Shown: piece after piece, positions 60,135-64,000 of the stretch | Position numbering within the stretch: the stretch's first letter is position 1 | Layout: each line of letters begins with the position of its first letter | NCBI RefSeq assembly: GCF_004010195.1 | Contig: NC_057755.1 | Span: 11,676,580-11,740,579 of the forward strand | Length of the DNA: 64,000 nt | Reading direction: 5' to 3' | Origin: Chiloscyllium plagiosum | Lineage: Eukaryota | Position numbers and translations under genes: made by a program | The notes under the pieces: generated by a model | Databases searched by the model: none | Seen by the model: only the letters and a program-made list of their open reading frames with translations | Told to the model about the DNA's origin: nothing

Positions 60135-62425
60135 TAGATGTGAAGCTGGAAAAGCACAGCAGGTCAGACAGCATCTGAGGAGTAGGCATGTCAAGGTTTT
60201 GGGTTGAAACCCTTCGTCAGGACTGAAAGGGGCAAGGGAGACCAGAAGTACATGGGGTGGGGGGGGGGCGGTGGTGAGGCTGGGGGAAGGTTAGGTGGGA
60301 TGGCAATAGATGGATGCAGGTAGGAGATTATTGTGATTGTTTAGCGGGAAGGGTGCAACGGATAGTTGGACAGGTTAGTTCAGGTCAGGGAGACAAGGAG
60401 GAGGGCAGGACATGAGATAAGGCTGGGGGTGAGGAGATTTGAAGCTGGTGAAGTTAACATTGAGGCCATTGGGCTGGAAGCTCCCCAGGCGAAATATCAG
60501 ATATTGTTCCACCACTCTGGCAGTGGAGGAGACCAAGGATGGATATGTCACCAGGGGAGTGGGAGGGGGGAATTAAAGTGGTTGCAACCAGAAACTTAGG
60601 TTGGTTGATGCGTGCAGATGATGTGCGAACTGGTCGCAGAGTCTGCATTTGGTCTCCCCAATATAGAGGAGACCACATCGGGAGCAATTGATCCATCGGG
60701 TTGGGTGAAAGGCAGGTGAATCTCTACCAGATCAGGAGGGATTGTCTGGAGACTTGGACAGAGATGTAGGGGCAGATGTTGCACCTCTTGTGGTTACAGA
60801 GAAAGGTACCACCTGTGGTGGAGAAGTTGGTGGGGAGTTTAGAGTTGACGAAGGAGTCTTTGAATGAATGGTCCCTGCGGAAAACAGACAGGGCTGCGGG
60901 AGGAAATATCTTTGGGGTTTGATTGTAGGTGGCGGAAATGTCAGAGGGTGATGCATTGGATTTGCAGGTTGGTGTGGCGTTACGTGAGGACTAGGGAGTC
61001 TCTATGCTTATTATTGTTGTGGGGAGGTGGTTTGAGGGCAGAAGCGCGGGAAATGGAGGAGATGCAGTTGAGGGCATCCTTACTTACTGAGGGGAAACTG
61101 CGGTAGTTAAAGTAGATATCTGCGATGTTCTGGAGTAAAACGCCTCATCCTGGAAGCAGATGCGGTGGAGGAATTGAGAGTATGATGTAGCATTTTTGCA
61201 GGAGAGTGGGTGAGAGAAGGTGTAGTTGAGGTAGGTGTGGGAGACCATGCGTTTGAAATAGATGTCAGTGGTGAGTTCCAGAGATGGAGAGGGAGACATC
61301 CAGGAGGGGGAAGATGGTGTCAGAAATGATCCAGGTGGAATTGAGGGCAGGGTGAAAGGTGTTGGTGAATTGTTCAAACTCCCTGTGAGCACAAGGCAGC
61401 ATGACTCAGTCATCAATATAGCGGAGAAAGAGGTGAGGGATGGTGCCTGTGTAGTTATGGAAGAGGAGCTGTTCCTCAAATCCTACAAAGCGTCCAGGTG
61501 TAGCTTAGGCCTGTGCGGGTGCACATGGCCATCCCTTTGTTTTGTAGGACGTAGGGGGAATCAAAGGAAAAATTGTTGAGGGTGAGGACCAGTTCTGCCA
61601 AGTGAATGGGTGTGTGGAATGGGACTGGTTGGTCCTTTGGGAGATGAAGAATTGGTGGGCTTTTAGTCCCTCCCTGTGGGGGATACAGGTGTAAAAGGCC
61701 TGTACATTTATGGAGAAGGTGAGGTGTTGGGGGCAGGAGAATTGAAAGTTTTGCAAGAGATGGAGGGCGTGGGTGGACCAAAAGGGAATGAACAGAGTCG
61801 AGGTGGGAGGAGATGAGCACAGTGGGTCAGGAGCAGACAAAAGACAGTGGTCACCTGGGGCAATTGAGTTTATGGATTTTGGGTAGGAGATAGAAATGGG
61901 CGGTGCAGGGTTGGGGAAATATCAGATTAGAGGTTGTGGATGGGAGATGTCCCAAGTGGTGATGGCCTGGGAGATACTGGCTTGGTGATCAAGGTGAAGT
62001 CATCATTGAGGACATGGTAGGAGGTGGTATTGGCGAGTTGGCATCTGGCCTCAGTGATGTAGAGATCAGTTTGCGCTCCCCTTCTCAGTGGGTTTAATAG
62101 TGAGGTTGGGGTTGGAGTGGAGGGTTGCGCGTTCCGATGAGGAGAGGTTGGCATAAGTGCCAGGGGTGGAGTGATCCACGTGATTGATGTTGTAGCGGCA
62201 GTTTAAGATGAAGTCGTCGATGGAGGGTAGGAGGCTGGGATTTGCCAGAGGCGGGAGAAGGGAACGTTAGAGGATGGGTTGGATTCCTGCTCGAGGAAAT
62301 ATGCGGATATGTGGAGGTGGTGGAAAAAGAGCATAACATCATAACATGAGTGGAATTCGTTCACATGTGGGTGTTGGGGAATGAAGGTGAGCCCTTTGCT
62401 GAGGACTGACCATTGTTGATTATCA
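60135..62425 (-). mobile_element. Decayed Penelope-like element (RT, GIY-YIG, terminal repeat)
   Basis: SVLSKGLTFIP, LAELVLTLNNFSFD, TDIYFKR..SH, frameshifted LYIGET region; homologous to 27800-29500; mutated hammerhead-like core at 60220-60193. Confidence 0.88.
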
Positions 62426-62735
62426 GAAAAACTTATCCAGATCACTAATATCCTTTAGGGAAGGAAATTGCCATCCTTACCTGGTATGACTTACATGTGA
62501 CTGAAATGTGGTTGACTCTTTAACAGTTAGGTGGGCAATAAATGCTGGCCTAACGAGTGACTCTTCTTGTCTGTGAATTAATTTTAAAAAATCTGAAATT
62601 CCCTGTCTTAGTGGAGGCAAATTCAGTCATGGTATTCAGAAAAGAATTTGGATTGTTCCCTGAAATTGAAGTATCGGGAACAAGTAATTGGGTCTCACAA
62701 GATGAATTGCTTCTTCAGAGAGACCATGAGAGGCT

Positions 62736-63045
62736 TATTAGATTACATTACAATGTGGAAACAGGCCCTTCGGCCCAACAAGTCCACACCGACCCGCTGA
62801 AGCGCAGCCCACCCATATCCCTACATTTACCCCTTACCTAACACTACAGGCAATTTAGCATGGCCAATTCACCTGACCTGCACATCTTTGGACTGTGGGA
62901 GGAAACCGGAGCACCCGGAGGAAACCCACGCAGACACGGGGAGAACGTGCAAACTCCACACAGTCAGTCGCCTGAGGCGGGAATTGAACCCGAGTCTCTG
63001 GCACTGTGAGCCAGCAGTGCTAACCACTGTGCCACCATGCCGCCC
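62736..63045 (-). mobile_element. HE1-like V-SINE
   Basis: Full reverse-complement copy. Confidence 0.9.
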
Positions 63046-63967
63046 AACCATCTGCTGCAACCATCCTGTTTTGTGGAATTAGGTCAAAGATCCGCCACAA
63101 TCTCATTGGCAGAACAGCACAAGGGACCAACTGGCTGCCTATTTAATTTTTTCTTGAAAGACATGATGCACCATTTAATAACTGTATGTTTTCATAAACT
63201 AGCAAAAGTTACTTTAAATATTAAAAGGTGCATAATTTACACTTTTTCCAGTTTTTGTATAAAAACATTTGTTATTCCCAAAATAGTTGTTCAACTGAAT
63301 TTGGTTCTTAAATAGAGATTAAGAAATGTGGAACAATAGAAGTGGACAGTAGTCTATCAGGAGAAATCTAATAATTCAAATTCATCTGACACTTGGGTTT
63401 ACATCACCTGTAAAATGAAAGAAATCCTCTTCAATTTGTCCATTGAGAGAAAAAAAGTGCCATTGTAACCAAGCTGCTGCTTGCCTATTAAGAATGAATG
63501 CACAGGATGATGTTAATTGCAGATGTGGTTAGTGTCTCTTTTATGAGCTAAAAAGGAGCAGTAATTAACTGTCTAACTTTGCCTTGTAGAATCTTTGAAA
63601 AACAGAAAGAGGGGTAGCTTGTACTTAAACTCAGAAATTGCTTTATCTATGTTGACAAATTCTGAGAGTGCTCATGCTCAGAATGGCAAATCTTTGAAGG
63701 ATCCAGAGAAAAGTAATGGTTAGTGTCCAGAATGTCATGATCGTCCAAGACTTTGAAATAAAAAAGTGAATTATTAGAGGACACTAAAAAGGAAATCTAT
63801 TGATAAATCTATTCATAGTCACTGTGAAATATGCACCAGTTGATTGTTACAGGCAGACTATTTTGGACATTAGAAATTTAAATATTGAGTATAATTTGTA
63901 GAGCATGTAAGTTCAGATTTAACAGCTTACTATTTCTTTTGGATGGGTTCTTAAGATGAATTGGGAT

Positions 63968-64000
63968 TGGCACAGTGGTTCAGTGGTTAGCACTCTTGCC
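63968..64000 (+). mobile_element. Head of another HE1-like SINE, cut by window edge
   Basis: TGGCACAGTGGTTCAGTGGTTAGCACT. Confidence 0.65.

Noticed and set aside
57010..64000. Next CCAR1 exon (expected to begin near CPSCDMMELRRRY)
   Set aside because: Not found by eye; presumably beyond the window.

Overview
Repeat-rich vertebrate DNA, almost certainly a cartilaginous fish: the repeats look like shark HE1-type V-SINEs, CR1 LINEs and Penelope-like elements. The host gene is CCAR1 on the + strand, with a CpG-rich promoter and probable non-coding first exon at about 15.3-15.5 kb and nine phase-consistent coding exons from 19271 to 57009 (361 codons); the gene continues past the window. An intronic box C/D snoRNA matching SNORD98 lies at 57470-57542. 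A rearranged class I endogenous retrovirus (9608-14693, 4-bp TSD AAGG, tRNA-Pro PBS) sits about 0.7 kb upstream of the promoter. A full-length decayed Gmr1-like Ty3/gypsy element with inverted IN-RT order (45081-52967, TSD ATCT) lies in an intron, and an older remnant of the same type is at about 7.6-8.9 kb. Several Penelope-derived repeat families carry minimal hammerhead-ribozyme-like cores. There are two N gaps (28606-29150, 31396-31425). Repeat boundaries are approximate unless a TSD is quoted, and family names come from recognition, not database searches. Exon numbering assumes the inferred non-coding exon 1.
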